Source: Alphaproteobacteria bacterium
GTDB taxonomy: Bacteria > Pseudomonadota > Alphaproteobacteria > SHVP01
DNA: 64,000 bases
Direction of reading: 5' to 3'
NCBI GenBank assembly: GCA_016869765.1
Contig: VGES01000007.1
Location: 13,708 to 77,707, forward strand
Part shown: piece after piece, positions 1 to 9,652 of the stretch
Layout of the letters: every line of letters begins with the position of its first letter
How positions within the stretch are numbered: position 1 is the stretch's first letter
Translations under genes and position numbers: made by a program
Notes under the pieces: generated by a model
What the model was told of the DNA's origin: nothing
What the model saw: the letters and a program-made list of their open reading frames with translations, nothing else
Database searches by the model: none

Positions 1-68
1 CGCCTATGTAGAATGCGCAAGCGCTGGCTCGGCCAGTCTTTCTCCGATGCCCCTACGAAGGCACGATA

Positions 69-1205
69 ATGAACGAACCGACTGTTGTCTGTTTTCCTTT
101 CATGGGAACGTCTCTTGGTGGCGCTCAACTGTCTAGCTTGATTCTAATCAAGAGCCTGCCTGCGAGCTTTCGTCCGCTGGTCGTCGCACACACTCGGGGA
201 GTGTTCACCGAACACCTAGACGCGCTGGATATTCCGTACGAAATCCTTCCGTTGCCTTCGGTGGTAGGAGCGGACAGGTATCGCCTGGCCCTAATGGTGC
301 AGGTCGCCCTTGCTACTCCAGCACTGCTTTCCTACCTTCGGCAGCAAAGGGTGTCGCTTGTTCACGCCAACGATGGGCGCACGAACATGACATGGTGTAT
401 CCCAACCCATCTTTCGTCGAGACCCTTCGTCTGGCATCAGCGTTCACATTTTCAACAATCTCGTGCAGTCGTCGCCGTGGCTCGACGTGCATCTGCGCTG
501 ATAGGTATCTCAAGGTTCTCAGTCGAGCAAATCCCCCCAGAAATCCGTGCCAAGACTTTGATCGTAGAGAACCCATTCTTAGCGTCGGGACCAGTAGACC
601 GCCAGGAAGCGCACGCGGTCATGTGCCGCGAATTTGGTCTTCAACAAGGCACCAAAGTAGTTGGTTTCTTTGGGAATATGCGCGAACTGAAACGGCCGCT
701 TACGTTCGTGAAGGTAATCGAGAGCATTGGAAAACTTGTTCCTGAGCCCGTGGTTGGTGTCATGTTTGGGGACGCCCGATCACCGCTTGGTGTTTCTATC
801 AGGGAGTATGTCGAGGCCAGAGACCTCCGTCAGCGCGTTTGTCTTGCAGGTTTCCGCTTTCCTTCTGAAAAGTGGATGGCCGGCTGCGACGTGATGCTCG
901 CGCCAGCGGTACGGGAAGGCTTCGGAAGGACGTTGGTCGAGGCTATGCTGGTCGGTACGCCGGTCGTTGCAACGAGATCCGGAGGGCACGAGGAAATTGT
1001 CGACGATGGTCGAACGGGATTGCTCGTTCCCGTAGATGATGTTGTGGCCATGAGTGCAGCCGTAGTGTCGATTCTTCGAGATGCTGTCCTCGCCCAAGCG
1101 ATACGAAACACGGCGCTTGATGAGGCGGCACGTCGCTACGGGGTCGAACACCACACGGAATCCGTGACCTCGCTCTACGGTCGGCTTCTCCAACCGAAGC
1201 GGTAA
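69..1205 (+). CDS. Glycosyltransferase family 1 (GT4-type, GT-B fold)
   Basis: The C-terminal region EGFGRTLVEAMLVGTPVVATRSGGHEEIV...GLLVP matches the canonical GT1 EX7E/G-rich nucleotide-sugar motif. ATG start at 69. Convergent with the long minus-strand operon. Confidence 0.8.
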   Translation: MNEPTVVCFPFMGTSLGGAQLSSLILIKSLPASFRPLVVAHTRGVFTEHLDALDIPYEILPLPSVVGADRYRLALMVQVALATPALLSYLRQQRVSLVHANDGRTNMTWCIPTHLSSRPFVWHQRSHFQQSRAVVAVARRASALIGISRFSVEQIPPEIRAKTLIVENPFLASGPVDRQEAHAVMCREFGLQQGTKVVGFFGNMRELKRPLTFVKVIESIGKLVPEPVVGVMFGDARSPLGVSIREYVEARDLRQRVCLAGFRFPSEKWMAGCDVMLAPAVREGFGRTLVEAMLVGTPVVATRSGGHEEIVDDGRTGLLVPVDDVVAMSAAVVSILRDAVLAQAIRNTALDEAARRYGVEHHTESVTSLYGRLLQPKR

Positions 1206-1255
1206 ACCCTACGAACGACATCCTCTCAGGCAAAGGTCGGGAGGACAGCGCGCTT

Positions 1256-2863
1256 CTATGACATCTTGTGTTGTGACACGGCTCCCTCGCGGATCCGGGT
1301 CGACGCGTCGGGCTGGGGATTGCCTTGTCGGGTGATGTCCGTATTCGGTGTCGCGAAAAAGGTGGCTTGAAACTCGGTGGCCAGCTGCTCCCACTTTGCA
1401 TCGCCCTCTGGTGTCAGCTTCTCCGCGATCGATATCTCTGACCAGCGTGACTTTGGAAACTTGACGTACATGGCAAACGTACGCCTCATTCCCTTCATTT
1501 CTTCTCGAGTATAAAACGGCATGGTCATCAAGGTGTCGTCGGAGTTCGCGGGGCAAATTACATCAGGATTGAGGTACCCGCGCGATACCGCTCGACGGCG
1601 AAGGGCCGTGCCAAAGTACGGCTGGAGGATCGAACAACTCATCTGGTCGGGGTTCATCGCGCGATTAATCTCGATTGTGTCGAACGACAATTCACGCGTT
1701 TCGTCGGGAAATCCAATAATGTTGTTGACCGAGAATGGGATCCCGTGATCGCGCGGGATCTTGAGAGCATCGATCGCTAAGCTGTTTTTGTACCGCCGAT
1801 CTACGACCTCGGCCCTGAACCGCTCATTCCCGTGTTCCATGCCGAAGGCGATTAGGTGGAGGCCAACGTCTTTGAGCTTCTTGATGCGTTCGTGCGTCAC
1901 GGTTTCAGGACGGGTCTGACACCAGAACGGGAGTTTGACACTCGAGTACATCTCGCAAAATGCATCGAATTCCTTTGCTGAATAGGCAAAGAACGTGTCC
2001 GCCCAAAAGTACACGTACTCACCCTTCACCTCGTCTCGGAAGTAGATCAGGTCTTCGTAGACCTTTTCGAGGGAACGCTTTCGGAAGAATGAGGATCCAG
2101 TGGTTTCGGCATAGAGGGCGTTCTGGGACGGTGAATTGCAAAATGTACAGGTATAGGGGCAACCGCGATGCGTCTCGATCGGGGCCATCTTGTATATCTT
2201 GCCGTACATTGGCCGATAGAAACGGGCGTCCTCGAAAATCTGCCAATCGGGCATTGGGACGGCATCGACGTCGACAGGGTAGGTCACGCTATTCTTGACA
2301 ATCCCGTTCCTGGTCTTGACCCAGAGATTCGTCACTGTCGAGTAGTCCTTGCCCGACTGCATCCGCTCGCATAGGTCGACGATGGCATTCTCGCCCTCGC
2401 CGACACAGATCATGTCGATCTCATCGAAGCCGATGGCGCGTTCGGGGGCAAACGTACAAAAGACGCCTCCCACAATGGTCGGTATTTTCGCATATCGGAC
2501 GGATCGCAGAAGGTGAACCGCGAGGAGAAACGTACTTTCCGTCGTCGTGACAGCGATGAGATTGGGGCTAAAACTCTCGACCTTGGCAACGAGGTCGTCG
2601 ACTGCGCTCCGGTGCTTGCGAAAGGAATCGGCGCGAGATTCGTAGGGCCTGGTCAGCAGAAGTTTGGAAACGATCTGCTCAGAACTGGGGCCGCGCTGAA
2701 TGTCGGAGTAGTCGTCAGCATCAATATCATAGAACGATGTGTCGAAGAGGGCGACCTCGATCCCGCGCTGCTTGAGCAACTTGGAGAAGATCGCGATTGC
2801 CGGCGGGACAAGGCTCTCCGCGCGCTGGTTGGGGTAGATGAAAAGAACCCTGAAAGTCGACAT
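1256..2863 (-). CDS. B12-binding domain radical SAM enzyme (probable cobalamin-dependent C- or hetero-atom methyltransferase class)
   Basis: N-terminus FRVLFIYPNQ...AIAIFSKLLKQRGIEVALFD is a B12-binding Rossmann region. A radical SAM cluster motif THRGCPYTCTFC (C-x3-C-x2-C) follows, and the length of about 535 aa is typical of class B radical SAM enzymes. Confidence 0.8.
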   Translation of the reverse strand: MSTFRVLFIYPNQRAESLVPPAIAIFSKLLKQRGIEVALFDTSFYDIDADDYSDIQRGPSSEQIVSKLLLTRPYESRADSFRKHRSAVDDLVAKVESFSPNLIAVTTTESTFLLAVHLLRSVRYAKIPTIVGGVFCTFAPERAIGFDEIDMICVGEGENAIVDLCERMQSGKDYSTVTNLWVKTRNGIVKNSVTYPVDVDAVPMPDWQIFEDARFYRPMYGKIYKMAPIETHRGCPYTCTFCNSPSQNALYAETTGSSFFRKRSLEKVYEDLIYFRDEVKGEYVYFWADTFFAYSAKEFDAFCEMYSSVKLPFWCQTRPETVTHERIKKLKDVGLHLIAFGMEHGNERFRAEVVDRRYKNSLAIDALKIPRDHGIPFSVNNIIGFPDETRELSFDTIEINRAMNPDQMSCSILQPYFGTALRRRAVSRGYLNPDVICPANSDDTLMTMPFYTREEMKGMRRTFAMYVKFPKSRWSEISIAEKLTPEGDAKWEQLATEFQATFFATPNTDITRQGNPQPDASTRIREGAVSQHKMS

Positions 2864-2937
2864 TGGCCCTCCGGAACATGTGCTCTTAGATATTGGGCGC
2901 GAGTGTCAGTCGCAAGAGAAAACCAATAACCGGCTTC

Positions 2938-3657
2938 TCATTGTGGGCTTGGCGAGGGCAACCCGGGGCCGGATCCGAGGACCCTTTGAATGAGCGCTTC
3001 CAATACTTGGAAATCCGTCAACGAGTCGATCTCGTAGGACTCGTCTTCTTCCATCTCGAACAGTCCTATCTTGCCGCCGAGCCGATTTTTCGTGGCAAGA
3101 AGGAGATCGGTTTTCGTGACATAGAGCGACCCCGTCTCCCGCCACCAGCGATCTTGAGGTGCGATGTCCTGGCGCCGTGGTCGACGGTGGTAGTCATAAA
3201 GAGCTTCAGGAGCGTGAGGATATCGCCAAAAAAAGTGGTTGTTCTGGCAAACGCTTAGGATTGAATCCGCGCTTTGTCGTTCGAATTCGGCGATAGCGCG
3301 ATCAATCGTGCCCGGTCGTCGTATCGGCGACGTTGCTTGCAGCAGAACGATCGCGTCGGGCTTGTATCCCGCGGTCGCAAGTTCCTCCACCGCATGAATC
3401 ATCGCCGATTCTGTACTGGCTTGATCGGTCGCCAGGGAAGCCGGCCTCATGAACGGCACATCAGCGCCCCAGTTACGGGCAACGTCAGAAATTTCCGGCG
3501 AATCGGTTGAAACGACCACCCGATCGATTGCTGACGACTGACGGGCCTGCTCGATCGTCCATGCAACGAGCGGCCGCCCGGCGATGAGGCGAATGTTCTT
3601 GCCCGGCACGCCCTTTGAGCCACCACGGGCTGGAATGAGCGCCAAATATCGGCTCAT
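2938..3657 (-). CDS. Acylneuraminate (CMP-nonulosonate) cytidylyltransferase, NeuA-like #1
   Basis: N-terminal LALIPARGGSKGVPGKNIRLIAGRPL matches the CMP-NeuAc synthetase signature. The ATG overlaps the stop of the upstream gene (ATGA). Confidence 0.8.
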   Translation of the reverse strand: MSRYLALIPARGGSKGVPGKNIRLIAGRPLVAWTIEQARQSSAIDRVVVSTDSPEISDVARNWGADVPFMRPASLATDQASTESAMIHAVEELATAGYKPDAIVLLQATSPIRRPGTIDRAIAEFERQSADSILSVCQNNHFFWRYPHAPEALYDYHRRPRRQDIAPQDRWWRETGSLYVTKTDLLLATKNRLGGKIGLFEMEEDESYEIDSLTDFQVLEALIQRVLGSGPGLPSPSPQ

Positions 3658-5258
3658 GCGGGGCTCTGCGCGAGTTGCGCGTTCTTGGCTCGCTCCGCAA
3701 GGCTGGCCAACGCAGGTTCCAGCGACTCCGCCAGTCGATCACAAGCTCGGGCTGCTGTGTCATCACCGTAGCCCATGAGATTCCGAACGGTAAATTCCCG
3801 CATGTCGAAACTCGATGATACCACCGCGCCGAGGAACCGTTCTCCTGCTCTGCGCTCGCCATCGTGGGGTTGCTCCAACTCCAGGGCCCACTGCAGCGCC
3901 CCGCGAAGGTCTTCCTCGCGAGTTATCGTTCTAGAGTTTGGCAATATTCGGAACAAGTTGTGGCGCCCAAAACAAACAACCCGCTTGCCGAGGATCGCGC
4001 CCTCGTGGCCCGCCGTGCCGCAGATCGTCGCTACCGCGCTGGCTTGCTTGATGATCTCTTGTCCCTTTTCCTCGATGTCGAGGAGTACGACATTCTTCAA
4101 TGTCTTGATTTGATCGTAGAAGCGATCGGGCCGTCGCCCGACTGCTGGATGATGCTCTTTTACTGCGAGACGCACTCCAGCAGGAAGGTCCCGTGAAAGC
4201 GAGACGATCGTTGCGAGTTGATAGGTCCACTCCGGGGACCGTCCTTGGAACCAAATTTCCGGTTCCACATGTAGCGCGAAGAAGACGAACCGTTGCCCGG
4301 CCAAATCGCTGAGCTTCGTCGTACAACGCCCCGTGACCTGTCGAAAGCTCCGGACGCGCCGGATCGCGAGGGCGACCATGTCTCGGTAGCGATATAGATC
4401 CGACTTGTGGTAGCCCGTGAGGTGCCATTGGACGTAGTTGCGAGTATGGGCAAGGATATCCCTCATCATGCCGGAGATTCTAAAGCGTCGGCGGGCCTCA
4501 TCGTTGAACAAGGCTCCCTGAAACGGGACGCCGGCGAGTTGTTCGTCTGGATTGAGGGGGGCGCCCGAGTGATATTTCGCGGCGGCCAGCTCACAGAAGC
4601 CGAACGTATCGGTCCAGTAGTAGAGGTTCTTGTGGCGTGCGGGAATAAAGTTCCTGACCAAAATTCCATGCCGTTCGGCAACGGTTCCCTGCAGGAGGTT
4701 GGCCTCGACCAAGGCCGTGATTTGAAGCGTCTGAAGAGCCGTTGCCCAGAGGCCTACCTGCTGGTTATAGGCTTCCAAGAGTTGCCAGTAGTCGGCGCCC
4801 TCTGAGTGTCGGGATCTCGGGTGGTAGAAGCCGCCAAGGGCATAACCCTTCCCGTAAAGGCGGTCGGGGACGGCCATCCAATTGTACGTCACGCCGTAGT
4901 TCTCTTCGTTTCGTCGCGCCGCCGCAACCGTCATCGCGCGATCCTCGACCATGGGGATCGGCATCGTCACGAGCGAGGGTATCACTTCGATCGTGTCGTA
5001 GAGATCGTCTGGTGCGCATGTGCGGAAGAGGTTCGCCGCCTCCCGGGAAGAAGCAAAAAGAACGAGGCGGCTGCCGAAGCGGCTTTTCAGTTCTCGCCCT
5101 AGCTGTGGGTAAAAGTGCCGGTACCATGGGTTACCTACGAGGCCAACGCACCGGAGCGCATCGGTCGTGGTCGGTCGCGAATTCACGACAACTCCAAAGT
5201 CCAACCGGCGGCGATGCGCAAAAGGGCGGTTCCGCTGTCGACGCGAAAGAAAGCGCAA
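3654..5258 (-). CDS. Large GT-B-like protein with K-x-HP motif (putative nonulosonate/Kdo transferase, capsule-polysaccharide-biosynthesis-like); start uncertain
   Basis: Long ORF with protein-like composition. Internal LAVKEHHPAVG...VATICGTAGHEGAILGKRVV resembles the HP-motif region of bacterial sialyl/Kdo transferases. The 76-nt overlap with the HAD gene suggests the true start is downstream of 5258. Confidence 0.35.
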   Translation of the reverse strand: MRFLSRRQRNRPFAHRRRLDFGVVVNSRPTTTDALRCVGLVGNPWYRHFYPQLGRELKSRFGSRLVLFASSREAANLFRTCAPDDLYDTIEVIPSLVTMPIPMVEDRAMTVAAARRNEENYGVTYNWMAVPDRLYGKGYALGGFYHPRSRHSEGADYWQLLEAYNQQVGLWATALQTLQITALVEANLLQGTVAERHGILVRNFIPARHKNLYYWTDTFGFCELAAAKYHSGAPLNPDEQLAGVPFQGALFNDEARRRFRISGMMRDILAHTRNYVQWHLTGYHKSDLYRYRDMVALAIRRVRSFRQVTGRCTTKLSDLAGQRFVFFALHVEPEIWFQGRSPEWTYQLATIVSLSRDLPAGVRLAVKEHHPAVGRRPDRFYDQIKTLKNVVLLDIEEKGQEIIKQASAVATICGTAGHEGAILGKRVVCFGRHNLFRILPNSRTITREEDLRGALQWALELEQPHDGERRAGERFLGAVVSSSFDMREFTVRNLMGYGDDTAARACDRLAESLEPALASLAERAKNAQLAQSPA

Positions 5259-5800
5259 CAGTTCCTTCGGGCAGCGTTTTCGTCCGACTCGCCATCCCCA
5301 ACTACCGCAACGCTGGCGCCTGGAAGCGCGGTCTCGGCCAAGATCGTCGCCAAGGTCTCGGGTTTCGAACGCGGGTAACCGTAGGCACGCGTGATGTACT
5401 TACTCCAACCACGTGCGCGCAGAATCTTGAGCAAAGAGGTTTCAGGGGTGTTGGAGCTCACGAAGAGCGTTGCAGACTGGCTTGCACTCATGATGACTTG
5501 TGTAGCGCCTTCCAATTCCGGGCAGTGCGATATCTTTTTGATCATGGCTCGATCGTAGGCTTTGACGTAGTAGGAAACGTCGGCTGAGGCGAGAGGCAGG
5601 CTCTTCCCGCGCATGTGCTCGATCATTCTCGGGATCGTCTGGTAGCGGGTGTCGTTGTCATTTGCGTTGGCCAACGCCTCTTCGACGCATGAGGCATGTT
5701 CTGGCGTTCGTGGAAACAGATCGAAGAAACCCTGCCGTTTGATGTCGTTGGAATCGACCAGGGTACCATCAAAGTCGAAAACGACCGCCTTATAGCGCAT
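5183..5800 (-). CDS. HAD-superfamily hydrolase (probable sugar-phosphate phosphatase)
   Basis: Motif I MRYKAVVFDFDGTLVDS (DxDGT). Start reassigned to the internal ATG at 5800, because the ORF-track start at 5926 lies deep inside the upstream NeuB-like gene. Confidence 0.7.
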   Translation of the reverse strand: MRYKAVVFDFDGTLVDSNDIKRQGFFDLFPRTPEHASCVEEALANANDNDTRYQTIPRMIEHMRGKSLPLASADVSYYVKAYDRAMIKKISHCPELEGATQVIMSASQSATLFVSSNTPETSLLKILRARGWSKYITRAYGYPRSKPETLATILAETALPGASVAVVGDGESDENAARRNCCAFFRVDSGTALLRIAAGWTLELS

Positions 5801-7328
5801 GTCGACGGCGAAAGTAGTTCGTCCAGTTATCGACGTTGGTCTTTCGCTTCGAGCGCTCCAAACGGGCGATTGCAGGATCTTCATAGAAGGAGTCGTTGTT
5901 GTAGTGCGTCGTCGATATCTCTTCAATGATGGCGCCGGTCAGGGTGTGGAACTTGTGCCAGCTTTCTGGTTCAACCAGGAATGTGTCGCCGGGCGTAAGG
6001 GAGAGGTGGAAGCCGTTCTTGACGATTTCGAGGTCTCCATCGATGAGTTGGAAGGTTTCTTCTTTCCTTTTGTGGAAGTGGTACGGATGCTGCTGTCGGG
6101 GAAGCTGGACGACCAGTTTCTTCGCGTATTCGCGATTGATGCAAGTGATAATCACGGCGCCATATTCGCGAAATCGCTTGAGGCCGTAGTGGTGGGAGAT
6201 TTCGATCGAGGCATCGGCGTTGATGTGGACGTTTGCCTGGTTGAGCATGCCGCGAACCTGCAGCATGATTTGATAGATCAGCTGATCGTCGGACACGGTT
6301 GGAAGCGACAGCCCGCCGGGCAACGGGGCCAACGCCGGGTAATCCTTATCGGCGACCAATCCTTCGCGCCAGCTTCCGCTGATCAGTTGGCCGTCCGAAA
6401 CCGGCATTGCGAAGAACACGTCGTCACGGGTCAGTACTTGACCCTTTGTCGTAGCCTGCTTCAGAAAGACCCCTCGCTTCAACTCAAGCAGGGTCCGTCG
6501 TTCTTCCGGTGAGGAAGGCGGTCGGTCGGGGGCCCCAAGCATGGTCTTTGCTTTCGCGTGGGAGGCAAGCCATGTTTCGATTTGGGCGGGCGTGGACGAG
6601 TAACCGTTCAGCGTGTAGCGGTCGTTACCAATGCCAACGTGACGCTCAAAGAGGCGAGCCCCTTTTGCAAGGGCGATCTTGACGGCGTCGACGTTGTTCG
6701 GGTCCTCGTGGGTTGACCAACCGATCGGGACGCTCCGATATCGGTTGACCATCGCGGAAATCTGGTTGAGTTGCAGAAGCTCGTCGGGTGTCGGGTAAAT
6801 CGAGACGCAATGCATCAGCGCGAAGTCGACCTTCTCTGCCTCGAGGAAATTTACCAACCAGTCGATTTCGGCAATGCGCAAACCCGCGGTGGACACGACG
6901 ACTGGCTTTCGGCTCTGGGCGACTCGTTCGAGCAATGGCCGGTCATCCGCGGAGCAACTTGCGACCTTGATGATGTCCAGGTCCATGTTTTCGATGACAT
7001 CGACAGATTCCTCGTCGAATGGCGTGCACATGGTCAGCAGACCGGCGTCTTTAACCGATTTGGCCAACGACCGAAAATCATCCATTGACAGCCGGGTTTC
7101 GGAAAATCGCTTGATGAACTTCAGGTCGGTGCGAGTTCGATAATCCGGATGAATGAAGGAATCGAGTTGCCGAAACTGGAACTTTAGCGCTCCCCGAACC
7201 TTGGCGGCACGACTGACGCTTCCCACTGCGCCGATGATCTGTTGAGCGTGGGCGAGGTCCCCTTGATGGTTGTTGGCCAGGTCGTATATGAACAATTCAT
7301 CGAAGCTGAAAGTTTTCATTCCCTGCAT
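5790..7328 (-). CDS. NeuB-family nonulosonate/ulosonate synthase #1 fused to a C-terminal cupin domain (512 aa)
   Basis: N-terminal ELFIYDLANNHQGDL...KFQ is NeuB-like and an SAF-like segment ELKRGVFLKQATTKGQVLTRDDVFF follows. An extra 150 aa or so follows, with cupin motifs HPYHFHKRKEETFQLIDGDLEI and LTPGDTFLVEPESWHKFHT. Confidence 0.75.
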   Translation of the reverse strand: MQGMKTFSFDELFIYDLANNHQGDLAHAQQIIGAVGSVSRAAKVRGALKFQFRQLDSFIHPDYRTRTDLKFIKRFSETRLSMDDFRSLAKSVKDAGLLTMCTPFDEESVDVIENMDLDIIKVASCSADDRPLLERVAQSRKPVVVSTAGLRIAEIDWLVNFLEAEKVDFALMHCVSIYPTPDELLQLNQISAMVNRYRSVPIGWSTHEDPNNVDAVKIALAKGARLFERHVGIGNDRYTLNGYSSTPAQIETWLASHAKAKTMLGAPDRPPSSPEERRTLLELKRGVFLKQATTKGQVLTRDDVFFAMPVSDGQLISGSWREGLVADKDYPALAPLPGGLSLPTVSDDQLIYQIMLQVRGMLNQANVHINADASIEISHHYGLKRFREYGAVIITCINREYAKKLVVQLPRQQHPYHFHKRKEETFQLIDGDLEIVKNGFHLSLTPGDTFLVEPESWHKFHTLTGAIIEEISTTHYNNDSFYEDPAIARLERSKRKTNVDNWTNYFRRRHAL

Positions 7329-7898
7329 CCTATCGTATCGTAGGCCTTCGCCATGAGGGCGACCCTCCCGTCGGACTGATCGCTATCCCGAAACAAGACC
7401 TCATCATAGGGGTTTCCACGGAGTCGTACGTCACTTGTCGCCGGCCGCCAGTAGGGGGTAAGAACCCTTCCGGCGTAGCGAAGATCAGCAACCCGCCTGA
7501 ACAATTTCGCTTGGGTCCGCGATGGCACGGGCTCGCGCGCGAATAGATTTCTGCGCGCTTCCGAACGCCGGTCGGCGCCAACAACGATCCAGTACGCCTT
7601 ACGCCTTGCTGAGGTGCATCGGCGATCCGTCGGGCCGCTGAACTGGATCGAGGAGCGTGAGTTCTCCCTTTCCCAGGGGGCGTCCCGTGATCGGCGTAGT
7701 TGAAGGGGGGCGCCAAGAGACACTGCAACATTCGACATTTTCGCTCGGCCACTGCGGGGCCATCCTCAGAATCGATCAAGGCGAACGTATTGGCGCTGAA
7801 AGGATTTCACACCTCACCCCCGGTGGGGGGAGGTGCACCAGCAGGTAACTTTTTCATTGGACCAAATTTGGGCCCAACAGTAGGTCGCCGCACGCGTT

Positions 7899-8639
7899 TC
7901 AGTCCGTCGAGGCCGTATCGGCGGAAGCGGAGTCACCGGAGCGGAACAACCATTCTGCGAAATGGAGGTCATGGACGTCGTCAATATTCACTACTGGGCG
8001 ATCCACGATGATGGCTTGGCATGATCTATCGATGATTTGCCCATGTTCCAGCAAGTGGGTGCGCTCGACCGCATAGCATAGCCCGTTACGGTGATAGTAG
8101 GCGGGGATCAGATGACGGTTGGAAAACTGTGTTCCATCGGCGACGTAGAAACGGATCCGACCATCGTCCGCCACCAAGAGCGTCTTCTGCGGAGTGAAGT
8201 GTGCCGGTGTGCGGGAGATAGTCGCCGCCGCAGCGTGACCGTCGACGGCAACTGCTCGAACTGTCCTTTCTGCGTCGTGCGAAATGCGAAGCGGACTTGT
8301 CGGCTCAAGCAATATTGAAACGTCAAATATCCGACCATAGTGGCACTCAGCTGCCCGCCAAGCGTGCTGCCACATCGCCACGGAGGTTGCATAGTCTCCT
8401 GCAAGTTCGGGTGGCCTGCGAAAAAAGTCGTCGAGACCATGACGTCTCGCCTCTTCGGCGATCATCTCGTCGTCGGTGGATATGAGGGCGGCATCCACCC
8501 ACGGGAGGGCCCGCGCGAACCGTGCAGCGCGCCCAACTAGACTTGTTCCGCCGACGGTTCTCAGGTTTTTTCCAGGGATTCCCTTAGAGCCTCCGCGTGC
8601 CGGCACGACGGCGAGGATCGACTTCCCTGCAATCGTCAT
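7899..8639 (-). CDS. Acylneuraminate (CMP-nonulosonate) cytidylyltransferase, NeuA-like #2
   Basis: ILAVVPARGGSKGIPGKNLRTVGGTSL signature. A 4-nt overlap with the upstream Gfo/Idh/MocA gene. Confidence 0.8.
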   Translation of the reverse strand: MTIAGKSILAVVPARGGSKGIPGKNLRTVGGTSLVGRAARFARALPWVDAALISTDDEMIAEEARRHGLDDFFRRPPELAGDYATSVAMWQHAWRAAECHYGRIFDVSILLEPTSPLRISHDAERTVRAVAVDGHAAAATISRTPAHFTPQKTLLVADDGRIRFYVADGTQFSNRHLIPAYYHRNGLCYAVERTHLLEHGQIIDRSCQAIIVDRPVVNIDDVHDLHFAEWLFRSGDSASADTASTD

Positions 8640-9652
8640 TCTAGTTGGACACCCTCTAACGACACACGACGACCCTCGGAGCTGCTCGTACGAGCTGCTT
8701 CGATGATCTCAAGCACACGCCGCCCATCGGATGCCGTGCATGTTGGCGATGTTCTTCGAGCACAGACGTCAAGAAACTCCCTAGCAACGGCCAAGAACAT
8801 GTCATTGCGCTCGCAGCAAAAGTCCTTGTCCTTCCACCCCGGTGCTGTCTCGGTGCTTACGGAAATTCGGTTCGGATTCTCGCGCCAAATCAACGTCCCA
8901 TGATCACCCAGGAACGTAATGGTCTTCTCGTGTGGTCGACCAAGAATATCGAGGTGAAGCGCAACTCGAAGCCCGTTTCGGTAACCGACCGACATGTCGA
9001 CATTGTCGTCGACGTCGATCTCAAGTTGGCCGAGCTTGGCGACGTCGGCATGCACCCAAGATGGTCTTCCGAACAGCCAAAGCATAACGTCAATCCAATG
9101 ACTCTCGTCCAAAAGAGCCCCGCCCCCCAACGCCTTGCTCGACATGAAGAAGTCTTGGTAGCGTTCCCATGGATGCCAGTCGGCGAGATGAGCTGAGATG
9201 ACCATACGTACGTGGCGGAGCGTCCCGATAGTGTTGGCCTCAATCAAATCGCGCGCCTTGCGGAGCGGCTCCCACCAACGCCAAGTGTAGCCCAATAGAA
9301 GCGGCGCTAGGCCGGTTTCGGTCAAGCGCTCCAAGCGGACGGCACCCTGCAGCTCCGGCGAGATTGGTTTCTCCAGCAGGACGGGGATTCCGCGCTGCAA
9401 GGCTTCTGTCGCTTGGTCAACATGAAACACTGGTGGCGACCCAATCACCACGCCGGTTAAGTCGTGGTGAGTGGCCAACGCCTCCGACACGTGCGGGTGA
9501 CCCGCGACCGTTGGAACCTCGCTCGACAGTTCAGCGCGTCGATCGGCCCTCGGGTCGACGCAAGAAATTCGACAGCCAAGCGTCGCGAGGTTTCTCGCGT
9601 GACGTCTTCCAACGCTACCACTTCCGACGATCAAGATATGAGGGCCATGCAT
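8636..9652 (-). CDS. Gfo/Idh/MocA-family NAD(P)-dependent oxidoreductase
   Basis: N-terminal Rossmann ILIVGSGSVGRRHARNL and a family-typical EKP motif (LLEKPIS). Confidence 0.75.
   Translation of the reverse strand: MHGPHILIVGSGSVGRRHARNLATLGCRISCVDPRADRRAELSSEVPTVAGHPHVSEALATHHDLTGVVIGSPPVFHVDQATEALQRGIPVLLEKPISPELQGAVRLERLTETGLAPLLLGYTWRWWEPLRKARDLIEANTIGTLRHVRMVISAHLADWHPWERYQDFFMSSKALGGGALLDESHWIDVMLWLFGRPSWVHADVAKLGQLEIDVDDNVDMSVGYRNGLRVALHLDILGRPHEKTITFLGDHGTLIWRENPNRISVSTETAPGWKDKDFCCERNDMFLAVAREFLDVCARRTSPTCTASDGRRVLEIIEAARTSSSEGRRVSLEGVQLE

Noticed and set aside
7810-7835. GC hairpin as an intrinsic terminator
   Set aside because: No contiguous U/T-tract directly follows the stem on either strand. 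Kept as an unexplained structural element rather than called a terminator.
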